Source: an uncultured Actinomycetota bacterium
GTDB taxonomy: Bacteria > Actinomycetota > Acidimicrobiia > Acidimicrobiales > Palsa-688
Assembly: GCA_963737075.1 (NCBI GenBank)
Contig: CAVTRI010000004.1
Location: forward strand, 65,695-129,694
DNA length: 64,000 nt
Direction of reading: 5' to 3'
This document shows, one piece after another, positions 50,229 to 59,068 of the stretch (positions within the stretch are counted from its first letter, which is position 1; every line of letters begins with the position of its first letter). A program made the position numbers and the translations under genes. The notes beneath the pieces were generated by a model. That model made no database searches. It saw only the letters and a program-made list of their open reading frames with translations, and was not told where the DNA came from.

Positions 50229-51157
50229 TGGCCACCACAGACCTGGCACGGCTACTGCGCTGGTATCCGCCGGCATGGCGGGACCCTATGGCCCGGAGTT
50301 CGTCCTCTACATGCAGGACAGCTTCGGAACCAAAGAACCACCGCTGAAAGCCCGCTCGTCGATAGTGGTTGGCGGGATGCGCGAACGCGCCAGGTGCTCG
50401 GGCCTTACCGGGGACAGCGTCCCCCCGACTGATCGAATCCGGGCCGGTGTCCTGATGGTGGTCGTCTCCTGAACGGCGATGGTCATCGCCGGAGCCAGTT
50501 TCGCCGAGATAACTGAGCACTTCGACTCAGCACCGGGAAACGGCGCGGGAGCCCATCACCGTCCCGACGTCGCCTATAGTTCATTCAGACGGTCGCAGGG
50601 AAGTGGCCGGGCTCGTCGTGATCGTCGGAGCCGGGCTAGCACTGCCGGCGGTCCTTCGATACCTGCGCACGGGCGGATGGTCGTCGATGCGCGCTCAGGT
50701 TCTCCGCGCGGCAGGCTTACGCTCCGCCGTAGGGGTAACCGCTCCGCTATTCGTATGGGCCCATCACCTGACCTCGCATCAACGCAATAGCGGCTCAACC
50801 ACCTGCACGGCCTCGTTCCTCGTATGGGCAGCGCTGATCGTGATCACTTTGGTCCTGTGGACCGTGCTCGGCGTCGCCGCGGCCCGTAGGGTCACCTTCT
50901 CCCGATCTGTGCTCGCGGTCGAAGCAGCTGGCACGGCAGTAGCGGTAGCCCTCGCCATCATCGGCATTCTCGCCGTCACCTGCTTGTGGTGGGCCGTCAT
51001 AGCCGAGCGGGCTCCGACCTTTCTCAGCGGCGACCCCGGCTCACCACTCAACGCTCGGCTTGTCGCCACCGTCGCTCTAATGGCACTGGCCGCAGCGGCC
51101 GCGACAGCGGGAGCCCTCGGCATCGCCCAGTCCCTGCCTGAATGGCGCCACAACTGA
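50228..51157 (+). pseudogene. PadR-associated membrane protein, several frameshifts and one in-frame stop
   Basis: Reads MATTDLARLLRWYPPAWR / YGPEFVLYMQDSFG... (the L..YP..WR.RYG.EF motif common downstream of padR genes). TGA at 50470-50472. A hydrophobic C-terminal part in a third frame (ORF 50603-51157). Confidence 0.6.
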
Positions 51158-51484
51158 ACGATCCCCGCTCCCACCCGAGAGTTCGCAGATTCGACCGCAT
51201 CGAGTGACGCCTCGCCCGCGCGTGTCTGGCCTTCTCGGTTCGAGCCGCGCATAACTCCGCCAGCCGAGACGTTCCCGGTTCGGGCCTACTCGATCGGCTC
51301 GCCCCGGACTCGCTCCGACACAAGGTCGGCGCCACACATAATGAGGATCCCCCAGTCCCGGCGTAACGGGGCAGGTTGGGGTTCACGTTAGCCAGCGCCG
51401 CCAGGCCGGCCTGCGGTGCGCAAGCCCGGCCACAACCTCGGCCCGGTGTGGGTCAGATTGACTGGCATGCTCGGACAGTGGTCA

Positions 51485-51757
51485 TCACCGAGGTGCGGTT
51501 CCGAGCCAGGTGTGCACGGGTCGATCCCAGCGCTGACCCGGCCTCTCTAGCAGGGCTTTTCTGCGTGTAGTTTTTCGACTGAATGTCCACATCACCGCGC
51601 CGACGACCAGCGCGACGACAGCGGCGATGAGCGCCCAGCCGTCGATGCCATCAGCGAGCTGCGATATCGCTGACGAGCCCGGGAGCTGGGTGGGGTCAGG
51701 GTTGAGGGTGACGGGGGACGTCGGGTCGCTGACGAGCCACCAAGCGCTGAGCAGCAC
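51485..51757 (-). CDS. small secreted/membrane protein, hypothetical
   Basis: AGGAGG then GTG. 90 aa with one strong TM segment (GWALIAAVVALVVGAVMW). Divergent from padR. Confidence 0.35.
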   Translation of the reverse strand: MLLSAWWLVSDPTSPVTLNPDPTQLPGSSAISQLADGIDGWALIAAVVALVVGAVMWTFSRKTTRRKALLERPGQRWDRPVHTWLGTAPR

Positions 51758-51882
51758 GGGTCACCTCCTGTTGGCGGGGCACCTCCCCGACCCAGGAGAG
51801 ACTATCTCATAGTTTTTCGTGTGTCGATAGTATTTTTCAAGCACGGGATCGGCCGGATGGGGCCTTCCCTGGGGTTCGCCAG

Positions 51883-51932
51883 TTGCCATCCCGACCGCGA
51901 CGCGGTAGTATATCGAGTATGCAATCGAGCAT
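51883..51932 (+). promoter_or_regulatory. candidate padR promoter (-35 TTGCCA 51883-51888, 17 nt, -10 TAGTAT 51906-51911) followed by ATCGAG-N6-ATCGAG / TATGC-N6-GCATA repeats
   Basis: Read directly in the AT-richer divergent intergenic region 51758-51968. Confidence 0.35.
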
Positions 51933-51968
51933 AACACCAGTGCTGTTGGTCGCTCCGGCGAGGCCAGC

Positions 51969-52592
51969 GTGAGTGTCCGGCACGCGCTCTTGGCGCTATT
52001 GAGCGAGGGACCGAAATACGGCCTGCAATTGCGGCAGGAGTTCGAGGCCCGCACCGGGGAGGTGTGGCCGCTCAACGTCGGGCAGGTGTACACGACGCTC
52101 CAGCGGTTGGAGCGGGACGGGCTGGTCGAGTCGGACGGGTCGGATGACGAGGGCCCGCAGAAGGCGTTCCGGATCACGCTGGCGGGCCGGAACGAGCTAG
52201 CGATCTGGTTGCGCACTCCGCCGGATTTTTCGTCGCCGCCGCGGGACGAGCTGGTGATGAAGATATTGATTGCCTTGGGCGCGCCGGGGGTGGATGTGCA
52301 CGAGGTGATCCAGGCCCACCGTCGTTACCTGATCGAGCTGATGCAGGAGTGGACCCGGCTGAAGGAGTATGAGGCCGACCGGGACCTCAGCTTCGCCTTG
52401 GTGGTGGACGCCGAGCTGTTCCGGCTCGATTCGTTGGTTCGCTGGCTCGACGCAGCCGACGGACGCATCAAGCGGGCGGCGGCCGACCGCCAGGCGGTCG
52501 GTGTCCCAGCGCGTGCCGCCGCCGGGCACAGTTCTGTCGAGCCCCCCAATCGACTGCCGAGGTGGCCAAGAAAGGTGGGTGCCAGGCGATGA
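51969..52592 (+). CDS. PadR-family transcriptional regulator
   Basis: 207 aa. Reads VRHALLALLSEGPKYGLQLRQEFEARTGEVWPLNVGQVYTTLQRLERDGLVE. ATGA overlap with the ABC ATPase start. Confidence 0.85.
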   Translation: MSVRHALLALLSEGPKYGLQLRQEFEARTGEVWPLNVGQVYTTLQRLERDGLVESDGSDDEGPQKAFRITLAGRNELAIWLRTPPDFSSPPRDELVMKILIALGAPGVDVHEVIQAHRRYLIELMQEWTRLKEYEADRDLSFALVVDAELFRLDSLVRWLDAADGRIKRAAADRQAVGVPARAAAGHSSVEPPNRLPRWPRKVGARR

Positions 52593-52798
52593 CCACGCTG
52601 GAGCTAAACCAGGTATCGAAGGTCTATGGCGAGGGACCGACCGAGGTGCACGCCTTGCGCGACGTGTTCCTCGAGGTCGAATCGGCCGAGCTGGTGGCGG
52701 TCATGGGCCCGAGCGGTTCGGGCAAGAGCACGCTGCTCACCATCGCCGGCAGCCTGGAAGAACCAACTAGCGGCGAAGTGCTCGTCCAGGGATCTTCT

Positions 52799-54280
52799 CT
52801 ATGAAGAGGGGCCGGTTGTCAAGGGGCAGGCCTGTCTGCGCCAGCCCTGTCTTGTGTGGGAGCCGGGGTCAAGGCCGCAGGCCGAGCGGAGTGAGCGCAG
52901 CGAGCGGAGGCCTTGACGCCGGCGGGGCGAAGGTTGTCGCCAGCAATCATGGACTTCGTGCCGCAGCCCGGCTGCGGCACCTGGTTGCCTTTTGCCTCCC
53001 GGTCATGGGTGGAGCGGTGCTCATCTCTCTATCGCCAGCTCGTGGGCATGGACTATGCCGATGGGAGGCTCGCTCCGGTAGCGCATCTCCTTCGAGGGCT
53101 GTCAAGCAGCCACGACCCCTGGTGGCGCCTGCCGAAGCGATGACTCGATCATCATGCGGCCTTCGATGCGGGAAAGCCGGCGGGGGCGAAGACCTCGCCG
53201 TTGGCGAGCATGTGCCAGATGGCTTCGGCCAGTCTGCGGGCGAGGTCGACCCGGGCGACCTTCTTGCCCCGCTGCCGACCGAGACGTTTGGCGGTGCGCT
53301 GGTAGCGCTCGGCGTACACCGGATGTTGGGAGGCTTTGGTGGTCGCCTCGATTAGCGCCCAGCGCAGGTACTTGGGCCCGTTCTTGGCCAGGCTGCCCCT
53401 GTGGTCGGACTGGCCGGACTGATAGACGCGCGGGCACAGTCCGGTGTAGCCGCACAGCTTGACAGGAGTGGGGAAACGGGCGATGTCGCCGATCTCGGCG
53501 GCGATGGTGTAGGCCAGCACCCACGAGATTCCGGGCACCGTAAGCAGCAGCCGCACGTACGGGTGATCGACGCCCTCGGCCTTGAGCTCGTCCTCGAGGG
53601 TGGCGATCTCGAAACTGAGGGTGTCGATCAGCCGGATCGCCGCTTCAACATCCCCGCGCCACGGCTCAGGGAAGGCCAGGCGGTCCAACAGGTCACGGCC
53701 CTCGACACCGAATAAATCAGCGACTGGGCAGGGGTGACCGAACGCCACCAACGCGGCATGCACCCGGTTCTTCAATGCCGTGCGGTGTCGAACCAGATGC
53801 AGCCTCCAGCGGGCCAACTCCCGGGCACCACGGGTGGCCGGGTCCGGCAACCAAATGGAAGGGACCAGATCCCGGCGGGACAGTTCGGCCAGCACCCAGG
53901 CGTCGATACGGTCCGTCTTACAAGCCAGAGGGGCCAACCCCTTCACCTTGGCGGCGTCCGCGATCTCCACCCGCCAGCCCGCCAACTCCAGGGTGTCATG
54001 CACGAAGCGGGCGCCGTTCATCGACTCGATCACCGCCATCACATGCCGCCCTCCCGGCTGGCGGGCCACCTTGCGCACCAACCCCCGCAGTCCTAACAGA
54101 TCCGGGGGCACGCTCATCGCGGCCACCGTCGAGCCACCCTCGGCCAACAAGTGCACCTCCAGCGACTTGCGTGACAAATCCAACCCAGCGTGCAACATTG
54201 GTCATGGCCTCCCTTGGTGATGGGGTAATTCGGTGACAACACGCTGTCACCGGGGGAGGCCCCTCTTCATGGCATTCCTT
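52799..54280 (-). mobile_element. IS110-family element of IS1111 type (sub-terminal inverted repeats, long 3' non-coding arm)
   Basis: Perfect 13-bp inverted repeat ATGAAGAGGGGCC (52801-52813) / GGCCCCTCTTCAT (54258-54270). The exact ends are ambiguous by a few nt (52799-52801 and 54277-54280). Confidence 0.8.
53152..54198 (-). CDS. IS110-family transposase (DEDD N-domain plus Transposase_20 C-domain)
   Basis: 348 aa. Contains MLHAGLDLSRKSLEV, VIESMNGARF, KTDRIDAWVLA, LLTVPGISWVLAYTIAAEIGDIARF and LCGYTGLCPRVYQSG. Confidence 0.9.
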   Translation of the reverse strand: MLHAGLDLSRKSLEVHLLAEGGSTVAAMSVPPDLLGLRGLVRKVARQPGGRHVMAVIESMNGARFVHDTLELAGWRVEIADAAKVKGLAPLACKTDRIDAWVLAELSRRDLVPSIWLPDPATRGARELARWRLHLVRHRTALKNRVHAALVAFGHPCPVADLFGVEGRDLLDRLAFPEPWRGDVEAAIRLIDTLSFEIATLEDELKAEGVDHPYVRLLLTVPGISWVLAYTIAAEIGDIARFPTPVKLCGYTGLCPRVYQSGQSDHRGSLAKNGPKYLRWALIEATTKASQHPVYAERYQRTAKRLGRQRGKKVARVDLARRLAEAIWHMLANGEVFAPAGFPASKAA

Positions 54281-54787
54281 GGCCAACATGTCGCGCCACC
54301 AACGGGCCCGCCTGCGGCGCCGCTCCATCGGCTACGTCTTCCAGGACTTCAACCTCCTGGCGGGCCTGACCGCGGTGGAAAACGTCTCCCTGCCATTGGA
54401 GCTAGACGGCATCTCAGCCAAACCAGCCCGCGCCGCCGGCATGGCCGCCCTCGAGGAGCTGGGCTTGAGCGACCGGGCGGCCCGCTTCCCCGACGAGCTA
54501 TCCGGCGGCGAACGCCAGCGGGTGGCCATCGCCCGAGCCGCGGTGGGTGAGCGGAGCCTGCTGTTGGCTGACGAGCCATCAGGGGCGCTGGACTCAGCCA
54601 ACGGGGAAGCCGTGATGCGCCTCATCCGCTCCGCCTGCCAGCGGGGCGTGGCCGGAATAGTGGTGACGCACGACGCCCAGCTGGCGTCGTGGGCCGACCG
54701 GGTGGTGTTCTTGCGCGACGGTCGAGTCGTCGACCAGACCGCACCGCCGGCCGGCCCCGAGTCGCTCCTGACCCCGATCCCCAACCG

Positions 54788-57310
54788 ATGACCGTCGCCA
54801 TCGGCGGCCGGCCCGTGACCAGGGCAGCCGGCGGCACCGGCCGCGCCAACACCGACGGGGGAGCCCCCGCCCGCCGCGCGGTCGTCCGCTGGGCGTGGCG
54901 GCTGTTCAAACGGGAATGGCGCCGACAAGCCCTCATCCTCATCCTGCTCATGGTGGCCATCGCAGCCACCGACATCGGTTTGGGTGTGGCTTCCAACGCC
55001 ACCAACTTGAAAGCCGACCCGTCCTTCGGCACCGCCAACACCATCATCAACTTAGACGGGTCCGAACCCACCCTGGCCGCCGACATCTCGGCCATCCAGA
55101 GCCGCTTCCGCCCGGTCGACGTCGTCGCCCACCAGAGCCGGCCGATCCCAGGGTCGGTGTCCAGCGTGGACATCAGGTCCGAGAACCCGTACGGCCGCTT
55201 CGACCATGTGACCGTGCGCCTCGACCGCGGCCGCTATCCGGCCGGCGCCGGCGAGGTGGCGGTGACCAGCGACGTGGCCCAGACCCTTGATCTGCATGTG
55301 GGCAGCCAGTGGAGCGCAGGGGGCCGCTCCTTCAGGGTGGTTGGGATCGTCGAGAACCCACTCAACCTCGACGACCAGTTCGCCCTGGTGGCTCCGGGGG
55401 AGGCCAACCCGCCGGCGAGCGTCGACCTTCTCCTCAACGCCACCCAGGGCAGCGTGCAGGGCTTCAACCTGCCAGGCGGCAGCGGGCCCAATATCGAGCA
55501 GCGCGGCGCCGGCGGCAAGGTCCAGGGCGAGACCGTCATCCTGGTTTTGGGCACCGTGGGGCTGATGTTCGTGGGGCTGATGGCGGTGGCCGGATTCACC
55601 GTCATGGCCCACCGGCGCATGCGGGCCCTGGGCATGCTGGGCGCCATCGGAGCCAGCGACCGCCACATCCGGCTGGTCATGCTGGCCAACGGCGCCGCCG
55701 TCGGCGCCACCGCCGCCACCTTGGGCACCAGTGCCGGGCTGGTCGGCTGGTTGGCGTTTGTGCCCACACTGCAGTCTCTCGCCGGGCATCGAGTCGACCG
55801 CTTCGCCCTGCCCTGGTGGGCGATCGCCGCGGCCATGGTGCTCACCGTCGCCACGGCTGTCCTATCCGCCTGGTGGCCCGCGCGAGCCATCGCGCGCCTA
55901 CCGGTCGTGGCCGCTCTATCGGGGCGCCCGCCCCGGCCCCAGCCGGCCCACCGTTTCGCCGCCCTGGGCGGGGCGCTGTTGGCCGGCGGTCTGGTCTTGC
56001 TCTCCTTCGCCGATCAACGCCGGGTGGCGTTCATCATCGGTGGCACGGTCGCCACCGTGGTCGGTCTCCTGTTCCTGGCCCCGTTGGCCATCCGGGCTCT
56101 GGCCACCCTCGCGTCTCGGACGACCATGGCGGTCCGCCTGGCCCTCCGAGACCTCGCCCGCTACCAGGCCCGGTCGGGAGCCGCCCTGGGTGCGGTCACC
56201 CTCGCTGTCGGCATCGCGGCCACCATCGCGTTGAGCGCGGCGGCGGCCCAGACCCCCACCAGCGCCGGCAACCTGGCCGCCAACCAACTCCTCTTACATA
56301 CGACTCGGGTGGGTAACGACGGCGGCACCGGCCCAACACCTCCGCTCACCAGCGACCAGCTGCAGAGCGCCACTGCCCAGGTCGACAAATTGGCCGCCGG
56401 CATCCACGCCAACTCGGTGCTGACCCTCTATGAGGCCTACGACCCGCAATCCCCCATGGTGCCGGCCCAGCCCGGGTCGCCGGCCGGCTACCAAACGGCC
56501 TCGCTCGCCCAAATCACCGCTAACGGTCCGGGCGAGGAGATCAATGCCGTCAGAACCCTCTACGTCGCCACCCCAGCAGTGCTGGCCCACTACGGCATCC
56601 CGGCGGGCAAGGTGGACCGGGACGCTGACGTCGTCGCCTACGACCGCCACCTGAACGGCCTGCAGATATTCACGCCGCGGAACTCGCCACGCACGGCAAG
56701 AGCAGCCCACCGCCCGAGCATCCAGGTCCTCAGCCAACTACCCCGTTACTCGTCCGACCCGGGCGCCCTCATCACCGCCCACGCCATGCAGGAACTCAGC
56801 CTTCAGTCGATCCCGGCCAGCTGGCTCATCCAGACCGCGCACCCCCTCACCGCGGCCCAGATCAGCACGGCCCGCACCGCCGCGGCCGCCACCGGCCTCT
56901 ATATCGAGACCCGCCATGCCCAGAAAACCCTGGCTCCGCTGCGCAACTGGTCGACGGCGGCGGGCATCCTGCTGGCTCTCGGCGTGCTATCGATGACAGT
57001 CGGTCTGATACGAAGCGAGACCGCCAATGACCTGCGCACCCTCACCGCCACCGGCGCCGGCGCCCGCACCCGCCGCGGCCTTACCGGCGCCACCGCCGGC
57101 GCCCTCGCTCTGCTCGGCGCCGTTCTCGGCACCGCTGGCGCCTACGCCGCACTGCTGGTATGGCACCGCAGCGACCTCAGCCCGCTCGGGCGGGTGCCGG
57201 TGGCCAACCTGCTCGTCATCCTTATCGGCCTGCCGAGCCTGGCCCTGGTCGGCGGCTGGCTGCTGGCCGGCCGAGAACCACCGGCAATCGCCCGCCGGCC
57301 CCTCGAGTGA
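54788..57310 (+). CDS. ABC transporter permease with two FtsX-like domains
   Basis: ATG 54788 overlaps the ATPase stop (ATGA). About 840 aa. Shows the RRAVVRWAWRLFKREWRRQALILILL N-terminal pattern, two 4-TM blocks and a large extracytoplasmic domain. Confidence 0.8.
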   Translation: MTVAIGGRPVTRAAGGTGRANTDGGAPARRAVVRWAWRLFKREWRRQALILILLMVAIAATDIGLGVASNATNLKADPSFGTANTIINLDGSEPTLAADISAIQSRFRPVDVVAHQSRPIPGSVSSVDIRSENPYGRFDHVTVRLDRGRYPAGAGEVAVTSDVAQTLDLHVGSQWSAGGRSFRVVGIVENPLNLDDQFALVAPGEANPPASVDLLLNATQGSVQGFNLPGGSGPNIEQRGAGGKVQGETVILVLGTVGLMFVGLMAVAGFTVMAHRRMRALGMLGAIGASDRHIRLVMLANGAAVGATAATLGTSAGLVGWLAFVPTLQSLAGHRVDRFALPWWAIAAAMVLTVATAVLSAWWPARAIARLPVVAALSGRPPRPQPAHRFAALGGALLAGGLVLLSFADQRRVAFIIGGTVATVVGLLFLAPLAIRALATLASRTTMAVRLALRDLARYQARSGAALGAVTLAVGIAATIALSAAAAQTPTSAGNLAANQLLLHTTRVGNDGGTGPTPPLTSDQLQSATAQVDKLAAGIHANSVLTLYEAYDPQSPMVPAQPGSPAGYQTASLAQITANGPGEEINAVRTLYVATPAVLAHYGIPAGKVDRDADVVAYDRHLNGLQIFTPRNSPRTARAAHRPSIQVLSQLPRYSSDPGALITAHAMQELSLQSIPASWLIQTAHPLTAAQISTARTAAAATGLYIETRHAQKTLAPLRNWSTAAGILLALGVLSMTVGLIRSETANDLRTLTATGAGARTRRGLTGATAGALALLGAVLGTAGAYAALLVWHRSDLSPLGRVPVANLLVILIGLPSLALVGGWLLAGREPPAIARRPLE

Positions 57311-57681
57311 CCACGCGCTGGTGACTGACCGGTTCCACGGTTCGTGACGGCTGCCCGTTGGCAGAGGGCGTGACCCTTCATTCTTGGGTGTCACCTCTTC
57401 ATCTGAGGCCGCGTTAGAAGGTGCGAGCAGGGTGCTCCCGGCCTGGCACTGGGGTGAGAACGCCCACTTCCACACCACCGCCGTCTCGGATGATCGGGCA
57501 GGTCTTGGCGAGTTCGCCGACAGCGTCAAGGTCGTCGGCCATGACCAGGGTGTAGGTGACGGTTGGGTAGGGAGCTGGCGAGGTGGTAAGCGGTAGGCGG
57601 CACCGGGCTCAGGTCTCTCGGTTTCCCGAGAGCCGCCGTGTTCGGCGGCCATGGTTCACTCCTTCTCCAGCTCCCCCCCGT

Positions 57682-57714
57682 CGAACCGTGCATGCGGTTC
57701 TCCCGCACACGGCT
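57682..57714 (-). ncRNA. group II intron domain V
   Basis: The minus strand reads GAGCCGUGUGCGGGAGAACCGCAUGCACGGUUC. This matches the domain V consensus (GAGCCGUAUGCGGUGAAAGCCGCACGUACGGUUC-like), including the AGC triad position and a GNRA-type loop. Confidence 0.85.
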
Positions 57715-57726
57715 CACCGACGTCCT

Positions 57727-59037
57727 TCACCGGCGGCGTTCGGCGACGAGAGCCCGCCAGGCGTAGTTGGGCCTGGGCGCGACGACGGTTCCGCTGAGGG
57801 AGACAAGGCCAAGCCGGTTGGTCTGGCGGATAACGAACCATCCGTAGCGGACGCTGCGGCGGTGCAGCTTGGCGACGAAGATCGCCACCCGCGAGACGGC
57901 GTACTTGCTGATCTTGTCGAAGTGCCGAGCCGAGTTCCCGATACGGAAATAGGCGGCCCAGCCTCGCAGGAAGCGGTTGACGCTGCCCACGATCTCCTCA
58001 ATGGGCACCAGCAGCCGGGCCCGGGCCGTGAGCTCACGGATCCGGTCCCTGGCATGCTGGAGCGCCCGGCGTGAGGGCCAGCGGGCAAGGAAGGCGAAGC
58101 GCCGTGCCCCGGTGCGTCCCCGGGCGCGCACCAGTCGGTGGTGGAAGCCGAGGAAGTCGAAGCCCTCGCCTCCTTCCTCCAGGTGCACGATGCGGGTCTT
58201 GGCCTCCTTGGCCTCCAAGCCAAGGCTGACCAGGATCAACCTGAGCTTGGCCAGAGCCTGGGTGGCCTCGGACTGGGATCGACACATCACCACCAGGTCA
58301 TCGGCGTAGCGGACCAGCACCCCGCTCCCCTCGGTCTCCCAGGCCCGGTCGAGCTGGTTCAGGTAGACGTTGCAGAGCAAAGGCGAGACAACCCCGCCCT
58401 GAGGGGTGCCGCTGGCTTCGTGCCTGACCGCGCCGTCCTCCATCACCCCCGAGCGCAGCATCGCCCGCAGGAGCTTGAGGACCTTGCGGTCACAGACCCT
58501 CTCCTCGACCGCAGACATCAACCGGTCGTGCGGGATCGCCGCAAAGCAGTTGGCGATGTCCGTCTCCACCACCCAACGCCTGCCCCTGAAGGACTCATCG
58601 AGCAAGACCTGCAGGGCATCGTGGGCCGCCTTCTTCGGGCGGAACCCGAAGCTGGCGGGCCGGAAGTCGGCTTCGAAAACCGGCTCGATGACGATCTTCA
58701 ACGCCGCCTGCACGATGCGGTCCCGCACCGCGGGGATCGACAGCGGACGCTTCTCGGCCTGGCCGGGTTTGGGTATCCACACCCGCCGGGCTGGAAGCGG
58801 CCGATACGTCTGCCCCCTGAGATCCGAGGCCAGCTCGTCGAGCAAACGGCTCTCGCCGTAGCGCTCGACAGCTTGGATGGTGATCCGGTCGACGCCGGCC
58901 GCGCCGCGATTGGCGCGTACCTGCGCCCACGCCCTCCACAACACGTCCCTGCGGTGAACCTTGTCGTAGAGCGCATGGAACCGTCGCCGGGGATCGGCCT
59001 TGGCCGCCCGGTAAAGCTTGCGCTGCAAAGCACGCAC
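57727..59037 (-). CDS. group II intron-encoded reverse transcriptase/maturase, lacking its first ~18 codons
   Basis: Contains RGAAGVDRITI, PKPGQAEKRPLSIPAVRDRIVQ, TPQGGVVSPLL, RYADDLVVMC (the YADD motif) and the maturase X-domain RFLRGWAAYF. The original AAGGAG-N6-GTG start (60338) lies on the far side of IS630 copy 2. Confidence 0.9.
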   Translation of the reverse strand: MRALQRKLYRAAKADPRRRFHALYDKVHRRDVLWRAWAQVRANRGAAGVDRITIQAVERYGESRLLDELASDLRGQTYRPLPARRVWIPKPGQAEKRPLSIPAVRDRIVQAALKIVIEPVFEADFRPASFGFRPKKAAHDALQVLLDESFRGRRWVVETDIANCFAAIPHDRLMSAVEERVCDRKVLKLLRAMLRSGVMEDGAVRHEASGTPQGGVVSPLLCNVYLNQLDRAWETEGSGVLVRYADDLVVMCRSQSEATQALAKLRLILVSLGLEAKEAKTRIVHLEEGGEGFDFLGFHHRLVRARGRTGARRFAFLARWPSRRALQHARDRIRELTARARLLVPIEEIVGSVNRFLRGWAAYFRIGNSARHFDKISKYAVSRVAIFVAKLHRRSVRYGWFVIRQTNRLGLVSLSGTVVAPRPNYAWRALVAERRR

Positions 59038-59068
59038 CGCGTCGATTTCCTCGACGCCAAGGGCGGGA

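Larger units (their letters stand above)
52589..54791 (+). pseudogene. ABC transporter ATP-binding protein (MacB/FtsE-like) split by an insertion sequence
   Basis: The 5' part reads MTTLELNQVSKVYG...VMGPSGSGKSTLLTIAGSLEEPTSGEVLVQGSSL. The 3' part (from about 54279) reads LANMSRHQRARLRRRSIGYVFQDFNLL...LSGGERQRVAIARA...LLLADEPSGALD. The two parts join seamlessly (G-S-S-L-A-N-M-S). Confidence 0.9.

Noticed and set aside
57384-57652. ORF with a good AAGGAG-ATG start at 57652 (minus strand, 221 aa) running from the intron 3' region across the permease end.
   Set aside because: The translation is low-complexity Pro/Ala/Ser-rich. It overlaps the intron domain VI region and the antisense of the permease gene. 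The RBS-like word is probably fortuitous.
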